The position numbers were made by a program, and so were the translations under genes. Shown here piece by piece: positions 52,449 through 62,323 of a DNA stretch of 64,000 nt (the first letter of the stretch is position 1; every line of letters begins with the position of its first letter). The DNA lies in NCBI GenBank assembly GCA_016783565.1, contig JADHWI010000002.1, positions 39,011 through 103,010 of the forward strand, in the 5' to 3' direction. This stretch comes from Kiritimatiellia bacterium (GTDB lineage: Bacteria > Verrucomicrobiota > Kiritimatiellia > UBA8416 > JADHWI01). The notes beneath the pieces were generated by a model. The model was not told where the DNA came from and searched no databases. It saw only the letters and a list, made by a program, of their open reading frames with translations.

Positions 52449-52587
52449 TGCTTCACCTTTCCACCTATAAACGACACAGTCATTACCGCGCAAACCCTGC
52501 CACTTCGCGCGAGCAAAGTCCACTCCGAACACAAACGGTATGGCTTTCTGCAAAACAGGATGCTACGTTTACGCGCTGGAGGATCCA

Positions 52588-53451
52588 ATGAACCAACAGC
52601 TGATAGATCAGGCCGTACAGGTGGCCAACGATCGTCTTGGAAATATGCACGTTGATTGTGCTCTACTATTGGGTTCCGGGTGGAGCGATGCCATAGGGAA
52701 TATGGAAATCCTGGCCGAACTCCCCTACTCCGAGTTACCCCTGCCCGGCGGAGCCCAGGTCAAAGGTCACGTCGGTCGATTACTTCTGACCCGTGGATTC
52801 GGGGCGACATTCCTGGCCTTTCAGGGCAGGCGACACTGGTACGAAGGCCTCGGCTGGGAACCCGTGGTGTTTCCACTCTATCTAAGCGCAGCATGTGGCG
52901 CAAAAACCATCACGCTCACAAATGCCGCAGGTGGCGTCAATCCAGCATATAGTCCCGGAGATCTCATGTTAATTCGGGATCACGTCAACTGGATGGGCAG
53001 CAACCCTCTTGTCGGAGCATACGACCCCGATAAAGGCCCTCGATTCCCCGATCAGTCCGACGTGTACAATGCAAACCTGCGTTCCCGCGTAAAAGCTGCG
53101 ATGGCAGAACAATCCGCACGCCTTCATGAAGGCGTCTATATGGCAACGTCAGGTCCTGCATACGAAACCCCCTCCGAAATCAAGGCATTCCGCGCCATGG
53201 GAGCAGATGCCGTAGGCATGTCAACCGTACCCGAGGCCATGGTGGCAAACTGGATGGGGTTGCGATGCCTGGCGATCTCATGCATCACAAACATGGCTTC
53301 CAGCGTGGGCGACGGGCCACTCTCACACGACGAAGTCCTGGCCGTCACTCAAACCGCTATCCCCACCATGCAACAACTCCTCGAGAGTTGCTGCCGAACA
53401 ATGGTGCAATCACTGGACCATACACCCCATGACAGATCATCAACACCGTGA
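52588..53451 (+). CDS. Purine nucleoside phosphorylase (PNP/MTAP family)
   Basis: Internal ATG at MNQQLIDQAV chosen as start. Phosphate-binding GSGW motif. Trimeric PNP-type sequence. Confidence 0.75.
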   Translation: MNQQLIDQAVQVANDRLGNMHVDCALLLGSGWSDAIGNMEILAELPYSELPLPGGAQVKGHVGRLLLTRGFGATFLAFQGRRHWYEGLGWEPVVFPLYLSAACGAKTITLTNAAGGVNPAYSPGDLMLIRDHVNWMGSNPLVGAYDPDKGPRFPDQSDVYNANLRSRVKAAMAEQSARLHEGVYMATSGPAYETPSEIKAFRAMGADAVGMSTVPEAMVANWMGLRCLAISCITNMASSVGDGPLSHDEVLAVTQTAIPTMQQLLESCCRTMVQSLDHTPHDRSSTP

Positions 53452-54824
53452 GCATACAGATTCCAGATTCCGATGAAGCGCTGGGCGCATGCCGCGTCGC
53501 TGAACGGCTTCACCAAAATGGCTTTACTGCCCTGTGGGCAGGCGGCTGCGTACGCGATTTACTCCTGAACCGACCTCCGATCGATTATGACATTGCAACC
53601 AATGCCCACCCCGAAACCGTCCTCAAACTGTTCAAGGGATCGCTGGCTACAGGAAAATCCTTCGGTGTCGTACGCGTCCCCATTGACGAGCACTGGTTTG
53701 AGGTAGCCACGTTTCGCAAGGACCACGACTACCAAGATGGACGACACCCGGAACGCGTTACATTCACCGATGCGCGCCATGACGCTGAACGCCGCGATTT
53801 CACAATCAACGCCATGTTCTTTGATCCACACACTTCAGAAATTATAGACTATGTGCAGGGAATGCAGGATTTGAAAGACAAGATCATTCGCTGCGTAGGC
53901 GATCCCGCCACGCGTTTTGCAGAGGATCATCTACGCCTGTTACGCGCACCTCGCTTTGCATCAACGCTGAATTTTGAAATTGAACCCCTGACGGCACAAG
54001 CGATCCGAAACGATGCAGATAATATTGAGCGAATCAGTGTCGAACGCATTCGCACGGAACTAACCCGCACGCTATGCGAAGCGGACAAAGCCGGCGACGC
54101 GCTTATGCTGCTGGATTCACTTGGGTTGCTTAAGCCTTTACTGCCGGAAGTCAAGGCCATGCAAGGCCAGGAGCAACCGCCGGAGTTCCATCCTGAAGGA
54201 GATGTCTTTGTCCATACGGTCTTAATGCTCAACTCCATGGAGTCACCAACCCTGGAATTGACTTTCAGCGTGCTACTGCATGATATTGGCAAGCCTCCAA
54301 CCGCAGTGCTCGATGGTGAGCGTTGGCGCTTCAACGGGCATGCCTCGGTGGGCGCGGATATGGCGCGCAAGATTATGCAACGATTACGATTCTCCAACGA
54401 TCAGATCGATACGGTGGATGCAGCAATCCGTGGCCATATGCGCTTTATGGATGTCGGCAGAATGAGACGCGCCACCCTGAGACGCTGGATGGGTGCCCCC
54501 ACATTCGATCTTGAGATGGAATTGCATCGGCTCGACTGCGTTGGCAGCCACAGCAAGTTGGACCACTATGACTTCCTATGTGATGCACAAAAGGAATTTG
54601 CCGCAGAACCGGTTCTTCCTGAACCGTGGGTAAACGGCAAGGACATCATCCGGATGGGAATCTCAAACGGTCCAACCATTGGAAAATGGAAGCACCGGGC
54701 TTACGAACTTCAACTGGATGGACAGGTAGCCAATCGCGACGAAGCCCTGGCACAATTGCGCCGGGAGATGGACGTAGCAGCGGATTCATCGTCGCTGAAC
54801 GAACAAGAAAACAGAAAGGTGTAA
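53448..54824 (+). CDS. cca: CCA tRNA nucleotidyltransferase with HD domain
   Basis: Head domain [20 protein letters not shown] with the catalytic DxD. C-terminal HD domain (HDIGK). Confidence 0.85.
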   Translation: MSIQIPDSDEALGACRVAERLHQNGFTALWAGGCVRDLLLNRPPIDYDIATNAHPETVLKLFKGSLATGKSFGVVRVPIDEHWFEVATFRKDHDYQDGRHPERVTFTDARHDAERRDFTINAMFFDPHTSEIIDYVQGMQDLKDKIIRCVGDPATRFAEDHLRLLRAPRFASTLNFEIEPLTAQAIRNDADNIERISVERIRTELTRTLCEADKAGDALMLLDSLGLLKPLLPEVKAMQGQEQPPEFHPEGDVFVHTVLMLNSMESPTLELTFSVLLHDIGKPPTAVLDGERWRFNGHASVGADMARKIMQRLRFSNDQIDTVDAAIRGHMRFMDVGRMRRATLRRWMGAPTFDLEMELHRLDCVGSHSKLDHYDFLCDAQKEFAAEPVLPEPWVNGKDIIRMGISNGPTIGKWKHRAYELQLDGQVANRDEALAQLRREMDVAADSSSLNEQENRKV

Positions 54825-54825
54825 C

Positions 54826-55407
54826 ATGTCGTTCACACTCAAGCTCGGAGATAAAGCGCCGGACTTCACACTCCCGGCAACAGACGGTCAAACATATACC
54901 CTGTCGGACTTTTCCGATGCAAAAGTGCTGGTTGTCTCGTTTACCTGCAATCACTGTCCATACGTAATAGGCTCAGACGAAGCAACACGGGCTACAGCCG
55001 AGAAGTACACTCCGCGCGGTGTGGCCTTTGTCGGCATCAACTCAAACAGCCCCAACACCTACGCCGAGGACAGCTTTGACCACATGGTTAAACGAATGGA
55101 GGAACACAAGTTCCCATGGTTGTACCTGCATGATGCCACCCAGAATGTAGCCCGCGCCTATGGTGCACTGCGTACACCGCATTTCTACGTCTTCGATAGC
55201 GACCGCAAGCTGATCTACACAGGTCGTGGAGTCGACAACCCGAGACGGGCCGAACACAGCACCATCAATGACCTTGAACGCACTCTCGAAGAGCATCTAT
55301 CCGGACAACCCATCTCCATCCCGCAGACCAACCCCATCGGCTGCAACGTAAAATGGGATGGTCAAGATGCACACTGGATGCCACCCGACGCCTGCGACCT
55401 GGTGTAG
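54826..55407 (+). CDS. Thioredoxin-fold redoxin (AhpC/TSA family thiol-disulfide oxidoreductase)
   Basis: FTCNHCPYV active-site region. 193 aa. Confidence 0.7.
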   Translation: MSFTLKLGDKAPDFTLPATDGQTYTLSDFSDAKVLVVSFTCNHCPYVIGSDEATRATAEKYTPRGVAFVGINSNSPNTYAEDSFDHMVKRMEEHKFPWLYLHDATQNVARAYGALRTPHFYVFDSDRKLIYTGRGVDNPRRAEHSTINDLERTLEEHLSGQPISIPQTNPIGCNVKWDGQDAHWMPPDACDLV

Positions 55408-55412
55408 CGGCG

Positions 55413-55444
55413 GCTTAACCTGAGCAAAGCGAAAGAAAGCCGCT
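55413..55444. repeat. Copy B of the ~32-nt intergenic motif; it forms a hairpin followed by TTTTCC
   Basis: GCTTAACCTGAGCAAAGCGAAAGAAAGCCGCT. Stem GCGGCTT / AAGCCGC. Lies between convergent genes. Confidence 0.5.
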
Positions 55445-55458
55445 TTTCCACCCCGGAG

Positions 55459-56853
55459 CTACTCTCGCTCATAAAGCGGTATGTAGTCGCGTTTCGGAAG
55501 AACATTCTTGTACGCAGGGCGAATTACTTTGCCACCGCTGATCAACTCTTCTACGCGATGCGCACACCAGCCAGGAACTCGTGCAATAGCAAATAGCGGC
55601 GTATACAAGCACTCAGGAATATCCAACATGGAGTAAACCACGCCAGAGTAAAGATCCACGTTGGCACATAATGGACGGCTCACACCCTTCTTTTCACAGA
55701 AGACTTCCGGTGCCAGGCGTTCCACGGCAGCCACCAGGTTGAACTCATCCAGACGGTTCTTCGCGCGCGCCAGCACTTCAGCTCGTTCCTTCAGCATCAC
55801 CGCACGCGGATCAGACAGCGTGTAGACTGCATGCCCCATTCCGTAAATCAACCCCTTGCGATCATAGACCTCTCCATCAAGCAATTTAGAAAGATAATCA
55901 CGAATCTGCCCTTCATCCTCCCAATTACGCACGTTTTTCTTCAAATCTTCGAACATGCCATGCACCGCCATGCTTGCACCGCCATGTTTAGGTCCCTTTA
56001 ACGACCCGACCGCAGCACCCAGTGCTGCATAGGTGTCCGTACCGGATGACGTCACAACATGAGTTGTAAACGCAGAGTTGTTGCCGCCACCATGTTCTGC
56101 ATGCAATACCAGCGCCAAATCAAGTACCTCGGCTTCCAAGTGCGAAAATTTTGCATTCGGACGAATCATGCGTAGCAAGTTTTGCGCTGTCGTCAACTCC
56201 TTCTTCGGATTGTGCAAAAACAAGCTCTTCCCCTGATAATAGCGGCGCAATGCCTGGTACCCATAAGCGACCATAGTAGGAAAACGGGCAATCATCTGCA
56301 TATGTTGACGCATGACATTGGGGATACTGATATCATCCGGAAAAGCATCGTAAGAATAGGATACCAACACGCTGCGTGACAGCTTGTTCATGATATCAGA
56401 GCTCGGACTTTTTAAAATTACATCTTCTGCAAAGTTGTCCGGAAGTGTACGACTCTCGCCCAGTAGTTCATTGAACGAGCGTAGCTCATCGGCTGTGGGC
56501 AGCGACCCGAACAACAATAGGTAACAAACTTCTTCAAAACCAAATCGGCTCTCAATCTTAAATCCTTCGACCAAGCGTCGAATATCATAGCCGCGATAAT
56601 AAAGGCGTCCTTTCACGGGCACCTTCTCATTCTCATTAATGATATAACCGTGCACGTTACCAATATTCGTCAACCCAACGAGTACACCGGTTCCATCCGC
56701 ATTGCGCAATCCTCGCTTTACATTGAACTGATCATACAACCCTCGCGGAATCATGCTACTGCTCAATGCATTCTCAGCCAGTACCGCCAATCGTTTTCCC
56801 TGCTCGACCTGCGCTTTTCCCTTGTCTTCTATTCCCGTCATTAACACCCTCAA
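55459..56853 (-). CDS. gltA: Citrate synthase
   Basis: GLIYGMGHAVYTLSDPRA citrate-synthase signature. 464 aa. Confidence 0.85.
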   Translation of the reverse strand: MRVLMTGIEDKGKAQVEQGKRLAVLAENALSSSMIPRGLYDQFNVKRGLRNADGTGVLVGLTNIGNVHGYIINENEKVPVKGRLYYRGYDIRRLVEGFKIESRFGFEEVCYLLLFGSLPTADELRSFNELLGESRTLPDNFAEDVILKSPSSDIMNKLSRSVLVSYSYDAFPDDISIPNVMRQHMQMIARFPTMVAYGYQALRRYYQGKSLFLHNPKKELTTAQNLLRMIRPNAKFSHLEAEVLDLALVLHAEHGGGNNSAFTTHVVTSSGTDTYAALGAAVGSLKGPKHGGASMAVHGMFEDLKKNVRNWEDEGQIRDYLSKLLDGEVYDRKGLIYGMGHAVYTLSDPRAVMLKERAEVLARAKNRLDEFNLVAAVERLAPEVFCEKKGVSRPLCANVDLYSGVVYSMLDIPECLYTPLFAIARVPGWCAHRVEELISGGKVIRPAYKNVLPKRDYIPLYERE

Positions 56854-56953
56854 TCATCAAGTTCCTGTCCACACACACAGATCTGTATAACCAATAACAT
56901 CTGGTGGAATCTTTATTCTTAGCAAACTGAATCAGAATTGTCAAAAATCAAAA

Positions 56954-56981
56954 CCACCCATCATCCCGCCACCCATCATCC
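56954..56981. promoter_or_regulatory. Tandem direct repeat CCACCCATCATCC x2 in an AT-rich 270-bp region upstream of the HTH-REC gene
   Basis: Two 13-nt copies separated by CG. Candidate regulator-binding site; the surrounding region is unusually AT-rich. Confidence 0.3.
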
Positions 56982-57126
56982 TGCGTGCGAAAATCAAACA
57001 ACAGATGATCTCATCCTGCACCAAACTCATCAACAAGCTCAAAACCATAAATTCAATTGCTGTGTTTTCTAATATTGCAGTCCGACTCAAGTCTGCTATT
57101 CTTCAAGATAGTATTGGAGTTAAAAC

Positions 57127-57684
57127 ATGAGTGCTGAAGAAATGACAATTCAGGATCTGTCGATTTATCTGAATCTTCCAACAGAAACACTCTACAAATA
57201 CGTACGCGCAGGAAAGATTCCCGCTCGCAAGGCTGGTCGACGATGGGTTTTTGATCAGGATCAGATCGAAGCGTGGTTAGCAGAACAAAGCGAAACCAAT
57301 CACCCCGAAGCAAAACCCGCAGTTCTCGTTGTTGATGACGAACCATCAGTTCGCGGCGTTTTCAAGCTCTGGCTTGAACATGCAGGGTATCAAGTCGACG
57401 AGGCCTCTGACGGCGTGGAAGCCCTTGAGCGAATAGAAGATGGCAACTATCAACTCATGTTTCTTGACCTGCTGATGCCCAGAATGAACGGTCTCCAAAC
57501 CCTGCAAAAAGTCCGTGAAATGTCCGATGCCCCTGACGTGGTCATTGTCACGGCACACTATAACGGAGACATGATGGAGGAGATCCTTAAGACAGGCCCC
57601 ACACATGTCCTGAAGAAGCCCGTAGAACGACGACGATTTCTTGAAGCCGCCTCTATGTATCTGCCCTCCATAACAGAAGCTTAA
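57127..57684 (+). CDS. Response regulator with N-terminal excisionase/MerR-type HTH and C-terminal receiver domain
   Basis: N-terminus MTIQDLSIYLNLPTETLYKYVRAGKIPARKAGRRWVF is an HTH_17-type domain. This is followed by REC (VLVVDDEPSV…D…K). Confidence 0.7.
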   Translation: MSAEEMTIQDLSIYLNLPTETLYKYVRAGKIPARKAGRRWVFDQDQIEAWLAEQSETNHPEAKPAVLVVDDEPSVRGVFKLWLEHAGYQVDEASDGVEALERIEDGNYQLMFLDLLMPRMNGLQTLQKVREMSDAPDVVIVTAHYNGDMMEEILKTGPTHVLKKPVERRRFLEAASMYLPSITEA

Positions 57685-57788
57685 CCCAAACATTTTCACA
57701 TGCACCAACCCATCAATCGAATATTATCTCAATAACGCTGAACAACACACTCGATACAAATCAGCTTAAAACAAGAAAAGGAATCAAC

Positions 57789-58451
57789 ATGAAAAGAATG
57801 ATTACCATAGGGATATGCGCGCTTCTAAGCATCAGCGCAACAGCAGCAAATGAGACAAAACCGGCCAACCCGCCGAAAACCGCGACCATGGACATTCCAA
57901 ATGAACCCGGCATTTACGCAACTATAGCCACAACACGCGGTAGCATCTTAATCCAGCTTACTTTCAAGAAAACACCGCTCACCATTGCAAATTTTGTTGG
58001 GCTTGCCGAAGGCAAGATCAAGAATTCAGCAAAGGCATCGGGAGAGCCATACTACAATGGACTGAAATTCCACCGCGTCATTCCCAACTTCATGGTGCAG
58101 GGAGGTGACCCTGAGGGCACCGGTCGAGGTGGTCCGGGCTACAAATTTCCTGACGAATTCCATCCCTCGCTCCGCCACAACAAACCCGGTATTCTCAGCA
58201 TGGCCAACGCCGGCCCGAGAACCAATGGCAGCCAATTCTTTATTACGCACGTCCCAACCCCATGGCTGGACGGTAAGCACTCCATATTCGGCGAGGTACT
58301 CCAGGGACAAGATGTCGTAAACGCCATCAAGAAAGGCGACAGCATCAAGACGATGACGATCCATCGCATTGGCGAGGAGGCTAAGGCCTTCTCCGCAGAT
58401 CAAGCGCATTTTGATGCCCTGCTCAAAGCGCATGCAGACAAAGCTAAATAG
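57789..58451 (+). CDS. ppiA: Peptidyl-prolyl cis-trans isomerase, cyclophilin type, secreted
   Basis: Signal peptide. FHRVIPNFMVQGGDP and GPNTNGSQFFIT cyclophilin signatures. Confidence 0.9.
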   Translation: MKRMITIGICALLSISATAANETKPANPPKTATMDIPNEPGIYATIATTRGSILIQLTFKKTPLTIANFVGLAEGKIKNSAKASGEPYYNGLKFHRVIPNFMVQGGDPEGTGRGGPGYKFPDEFHPSLRHNKPGILSMANAGPRTNGSQFFITHVPTPWLDGKHSIFGEVLQGQDVVNAIKKGDSIKTMTIHRIGEEAKAFSADQAHFDALLKAHADKAK

Positions 58452-58523
58452 GCATCGAGAAAAGCAACGCTGATCCGCTGCAACACAAGACAGGGATGCC
58501 TGGCCAGCTAACCCGCCACAACA

Positions 58524-59132
58524 TTACTCCTCGTCGTCCTCGAACTCTAACTCACCAGCATTGAAACGTATCATGGCGTTTGCCTCATCTAGATCGAACA
58601 CTTGAGGATCGAAGTTCGGTGGCATCCAGCCAACAACCTCGGTATGCATCGGATGCGATGAATCCTGCATAATTCGCAGCTTTTCGTAATAACCAAAGGT
58701 CGAACCGCTATCTTCAGGTGGACAGGCATTTTCTCCCGCAACGCATACGGGATATGTGCCGCCTTCTTCAGGCTCCTCAAAACCGTCAACCTTGATAATG
58801 TGTTCCCACCCGTCACCAAAATCATACATATATTCAATACGCTTGCGATCACCAGAAAACACCTCTGAAAGAAGAATATCCTGCTCCTCGAAAATCGGAT
58901 CGCATTCCATATCGAACTCGGGATTGGGCACGCCGTAGTGGCGGTCCCCCACCAGGAACCCGTGCAAATGATAATCAAACCACGGCATCACAGACTGAAT
59001 CAGATCATGCAGATCGCCCAACGTGGAATTCGCAGGCAAAAGTACGCGGCGCCATACCTTCGGATTCGTGTCCTTGAGTACGATGGTCAAAGAAATCAGT
59101 TTGCTCTCATTCGGATCAGCAGTTGCAATCAT
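58524..59132 (-). CDS. pRiA4b ORF-3-like family protein
   Basis: LTIVLKDTNPKVWRRVLLPANSTLGDLHDLIQSVMPWFDYHLHGFLVGDRHYG matches the hallmark of this family as I recall it. 202 aa with an acidic C-terminus. Confidence 0.6.
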   Translation of the reverse strand: MIATADPNESKLISLTIVLKDTNPKVWRRVLLPANSTLGDLHDLIQSVMPWFDYHLHGFLVGDRHYGVPNPEFDMECDPIFEEQDILLSEVFSGDRKRIEYMYDFGDGWEHIIKVDGFEEPEEGGTYPVCVAGENACPPEDSGSTFGYYEKLRIMQDSSHPMHTEVVGWMPPNFDPQVFDLDEANAMIRFNAGELEFEDDEE

Positions 59133-59187
59133 TGTTCCATAACTCTTGACTTATCTGACGATCTCAGTACAGTACCGTCGCTTTTGG

Positions 59188-59263
59188 GCCAACGTAGCTC
59201 AGCTGGTAGAGCAGCTCACTCGTAATGAGCAGGTCATCGGTTCGAATCCGATCGTTGGCTCCA
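59188..59263 (+). tRNA. tRNA-Thr (anticodon CGT)
   Basis: 76 nt, folded by hand. Acceptor GCCAACG/CGTTGGC, D-arm GCTC-AGCTGGTA-GAGC. Anticodon stem GCTCA/TGAGC with loop CTCGTAA. T-arm ATCGG-TTCGAAT-CCGAT. Encoded CCA. Confidence 0.9.
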
Positions 59264-59268
59264 ATTCT

Positions 59269-60384
59269 TCATTCTTCCTTCGTGCCCAGCATTTTAACCA
59301 GTAGCACCTCCATGGTCAACTGATCCGGCGCGGCAGAAGAAACCAGTTCTTCATGGGCTGCAAGCAAGGCTTCCCTGCAAGTCTGCAAAGCATTTAACGA
59401 AAAACGCCTGGCCTGTTTGGCCAGTATCCCGGCACGAAACGGATGCATCTTTCTCGGATCGCTGGCCATCACCGAGGAGCAGAGTTGCTCGCCTTCGGGC
59501 GGCAGGCCTACCCATTTTGCAGATTGCCCCCTGGAGGAAGACGAAACAACAATCCACTTCCTCCGTAATCCCTCTCTGTAGATTGTGAGGTCACGAACCC
59601 GATTCTCCAACGTACGAATCATTCCGATAGGATGCTCTTTCTGAAAAAACAACTGTCGCATCACGGCAATGGCACGCGTCAAATCTCGATCCCCAAAAGC
59701 ATCTGAAAGATCCCAGATCAAGGCATCACGAGAAGATGCGGTAATCGCCATCACATCGTCCTCGCCAGCCTGCTTGCGGTCACCAAGAAATACCAGCAAT
59801 TTGTCCAACTCGCTCACCAGGCGTGAGGTGTCATACCCCACACGTTCAATGAAAAGTTGAATCACATTGCCATGCATGGAAATAGACTTCTCGGATAGCC
59901 TGCCGCGAACGAAATTCAACGCATATCGCTCCGCTTCGTATGCGCGTTCCGGAACGGCGTATTCATGCGTCACACCATGCTGCTTGCAGGCTTTGTAGAA
60001 AGCATACCGCTTATCTACCTTGGGGGAAGAGACAATCAGTTCAACGCCTTCAGGCAGCGCCTTGATCACATCCGTTAACCCCGCCAATTTTGTTTTCACG
60101 GATTCAGAGCGGCCCACCACGTTATCCGTCAAAAAGGAAACATCCTTGAACCACACCACCTTCTGAGTCGACATAAACCCAAGAGTCTGAAGCGCTTCGA
60201 CCGCCTTACCGATGCACTCCTGGGCCGCAGCCACAGTATCCGCCGCACCATCAATCGTCTCCAACCCGAACACGGCGTTATCCGGAGGAACCAGGCCATC
60301 AACAATCGCACGGGCCTTTTGCGCCACCTGGTAATCATCATTACCGAAAATAAGATAAATATGAGTTTTTTCCGACTTAGCCAT
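59269..60384 (-). CDS. holA: DNA polymerase III subunit delta
   Basis: Start at MAKSEKTHIYLIFGNDDYQV, the canonical HolA N-terminus. The ORF track's 5' extension to 60657 is spurious. Confidence 0.75.
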   Translation of the reverse strand: MAKSEKTHIYLIFGNDDYQVAQKARAIVDGLVPPDNAVFGLETIDGAADTVAAAQECIGKAVEALQTLGFMSTQKVVWFKDVSFLTDNVVGRSESVKTKLAGLTDVIKALPEGVELIVSSPKVDKRYAFYKACKQHGVTHEYAVPERAYEAERYALNFVRGRLSEKSISMHGNVIQLFIERVGYDTSRLVSELDKLLVFLGDRKQAGEDDVMAITASSRDALIWDLSDAFGDRDLTRAIAVMRQLFFQKEHPIGMIRTLENRVRDLTIYREGLRRKWIVVSSSSRGQSAKWVGLPPEGEQLCSSVMASDPRKMHPFRAGILAKQARRFSLNALQTCREALLAAHEELVSSAAPDQLTMEVLLVKMLGTKEE

Positions 60385-60480
60385 GATGGTCAAACCATAG
60401 CGTGAAGAACGGGAAGGGATCAACAACCAATCATGCAGTATGTCCACACCCGGGGCAAAGTGCGGCTCAGTCTCGCGTGC

Positions 60481-60677
60481 CTTCCTGCACCCCATTCGGA
60501 GCGCACACGTTGCATGGTGAGAAAACTCGGGGCTACACAACCCCGAGCTAAAACCCTCCGCTCCTCCGAAGCGGCGAATACAAAGAGGCTCCGGAGGTGC
60601 CATGGAATATAGCTCGGGGCTGTGTAGCCCCGAGACTGAAGGATAACCGTATTGCACCCCGGACGGGGTGCAGGAAG
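60481..60677 (+). other. Structured GC-rich intergenic element (candidate ncRNA / MITE-like repeat) with 13-nt terminal inverted repeat and two inverted 22-nt hairpin modules
   Basis: CTTCCTGCACCCC at 60481..60493 is the exact reverse complement of 60665..60677. Hairpins sit at 60526..60547 and 60613..60634, with a central stem between them. Confidence 0.4.
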
Positions 60678-60706
60678 AAAGGTCGCCAATCCGCTCGTGA
60701 CATTAT

Positions 60707-62323
60707 GTGGCCGGTATCCTACTATTTTGCCGAATTCAGGCGAGGATTATGAAACAACCCGTATCCAAACTCAGGGCAAAGAAGTCGAAAAGCCGCGAAA
60801 AGCAGGCTTCCAAAGCTGCATCCGAAAAACGTCCGGTTCTTGAGGGGCCGGCGATCAGCATGCTCGTCGCGGTTATCCTCTGGTTATCTACCGTCGTCAT
60901 CATCGCCATGGAATCCTTTCCGATGAATCTTCGAACGCCCGAAGTGCTGCTGCCTCTCTCGGGAGACGCCGTATTACTCCTGGTAACCCTGTGCATGACA
61001 GGATTGTTTATCACCATCCTGCGACCCGCCTATCTCAAACGGAATTCACGCCTGGTCCTGCTCGCTGTTGCTTCGCTGATCAGCACGCTGGTAGCCAAAG
61101 GCATTCTCATCGTGGCCATCACGTTGCTCGGAATTCCGCACGACGTTGCAGTATTCTTCGTTCCATTCGCCCTGACGGCCATCATTGCCACCATACTCCT
61201 GGATGGCGCCGCCGGCATTGCCGCCGGATCATGGATGGCCGTCGTACTGTCCATCATGGCTGGATACCGATTCCCTATTCTGATTTGCGGCATCATTGGA
61301 ACCGTTATGAGCGCTGCCTTGATGCAAGGGGTGCGTAGCCGTTCAAAGGTGATGAAACGAGCACTCATCATTGCCGTTGCTCAGATCACATGTGTTTTCG
61401 CCGCAACCGTTGAGCAGTGGCAACATCAGGAAGTCTCTGTCGTCCTGCACCAGGCCGGCGCCTGTATCTTCAGCGGCTTCGCTTCAGCCATCGTGGCCCT
61501 GCTTATTCTTCCGTTATTTGAACGCATTTTTAACATCACAACAGATATCTCCCTTCTGGAACTCTCTGACCTGAGCCATCCACTGCTCCAGCGCCTCGCC
61601 ATTGAAGCTCCAGGGACGTATCACCACAGCCTGCTGGTTGCAAACCTGGCCAGCGCTGCTGCAGAAGCAATCGGCGCAAACTCCCTCGTAACACGTGTTT
61701 GTGCCTACTTTCACGATGTCGGTAAGCTCACAAAGCCAGAGTTCTTCGTTGAGAACCAACGCCGCGACAATCCTCATGATGAACTTCCCCCGAGCATGAG
61801 CACACTGATTATTACCTCGCATGTGAAAGAGGGGCTCAGCATGGCCGCCAGGCACAAACTGCCGAATGCGGTAGTAAAAGTCATCCATGAACACCACGGC
61901 AATAGCCTCCTATCCTGCTTCCATCATAAGGCCAAAAACCAATTGGAATTCGAACTTGATCGCAGCAATAGCGGGAACAAGAATCGCCTCAACGAGGGAG
62001 ACTTCCGATACCAGGGGCCACGCCCGTCCACGAAAGAATCCGGCATCATTTGCATTGCCGACTCCGTTGAAGCAGCATCACGAGCCCTGGAAAAAGTAAC
62101 CGCAACGCACTTGGAAAATCTCGTCACAGAAATCATGATGCGCAAAATCGACGACGGACAACTCGACGACTGTCCACTCACATTCGAGGAGCTGACAAGC
62201 GTAAGAAAATCGCTCGTCTTCAGCCTCACAAGCATGCACCACGGCCGAGTACCCTACCCCAACGATGAAGATAACAGCGATCAGCAGACAAAGGCGACTC
62301 CAGGTAAACCTGCAGGCCGCTGA
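60707..62323 (+). CDS. pgpH: 7TM receptor with intracellular HD hydrolase (PgpH-type, 7TMR-HD)
   Basis: 538 aa. Seven TM helices then an HD domain (YFHDVGKLTKPEFF). Conserved synteny directly upstream of ybeY. Confidence 0.75.
   Translation: MAGILLFCRIQARIMKQPVSKLRAKKSKSREKQASKAASEKRPVLEGPAISMLVAVILWLSTVVIIAMESFPMNLRTPEVLLPLSGDAVLLLVTLCMTGLFITILRPAYLKRNSRLVLLAVASLISTLVAKGILIVAITLLGIPHDVAVFFVPFALTAIIATILLDGAAGIAAGSWMAVVLSIMAGYRFPILICGIIGTVMSAALMQGVRSRSKVMKRALIIAVAQITCVFAATVEQWQHQEVSVVLHQAGACIFSGFASAIVALLILPLFERIFNITTDISLLELSDLSHPLLQRLAIEAPGTYHHSLLVANLASAAAEAIGANSLVTRVCAYFHDVGKLTKPEFFVENQRRDNPHDELPPSMSTLIITSHVKEGLSMAARHKLPNAVVKVIHEHHGNSLLSCFHHKAKNQLEFELDRSNSGNKNRLNEGDFRYQGPRPSTKESGIICIADSVEAASRALEKVTATHLENLVTEIMMRKIDDGQLDDCPLTFEELTSVRKSLVFSLTSMHHGRVPYPNDEDNSDQQTKATPGKPAGR

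Noticed and set aside
60420-60689. 89-aa ORF on the - strand crossing the holA-pgpH intergenic region
   Set aside because: Reads straight through the GC-rich inverted-repeat element. The Arg/Ser-rich translation is an artefact of the palindromic sequence. No RBS is present.
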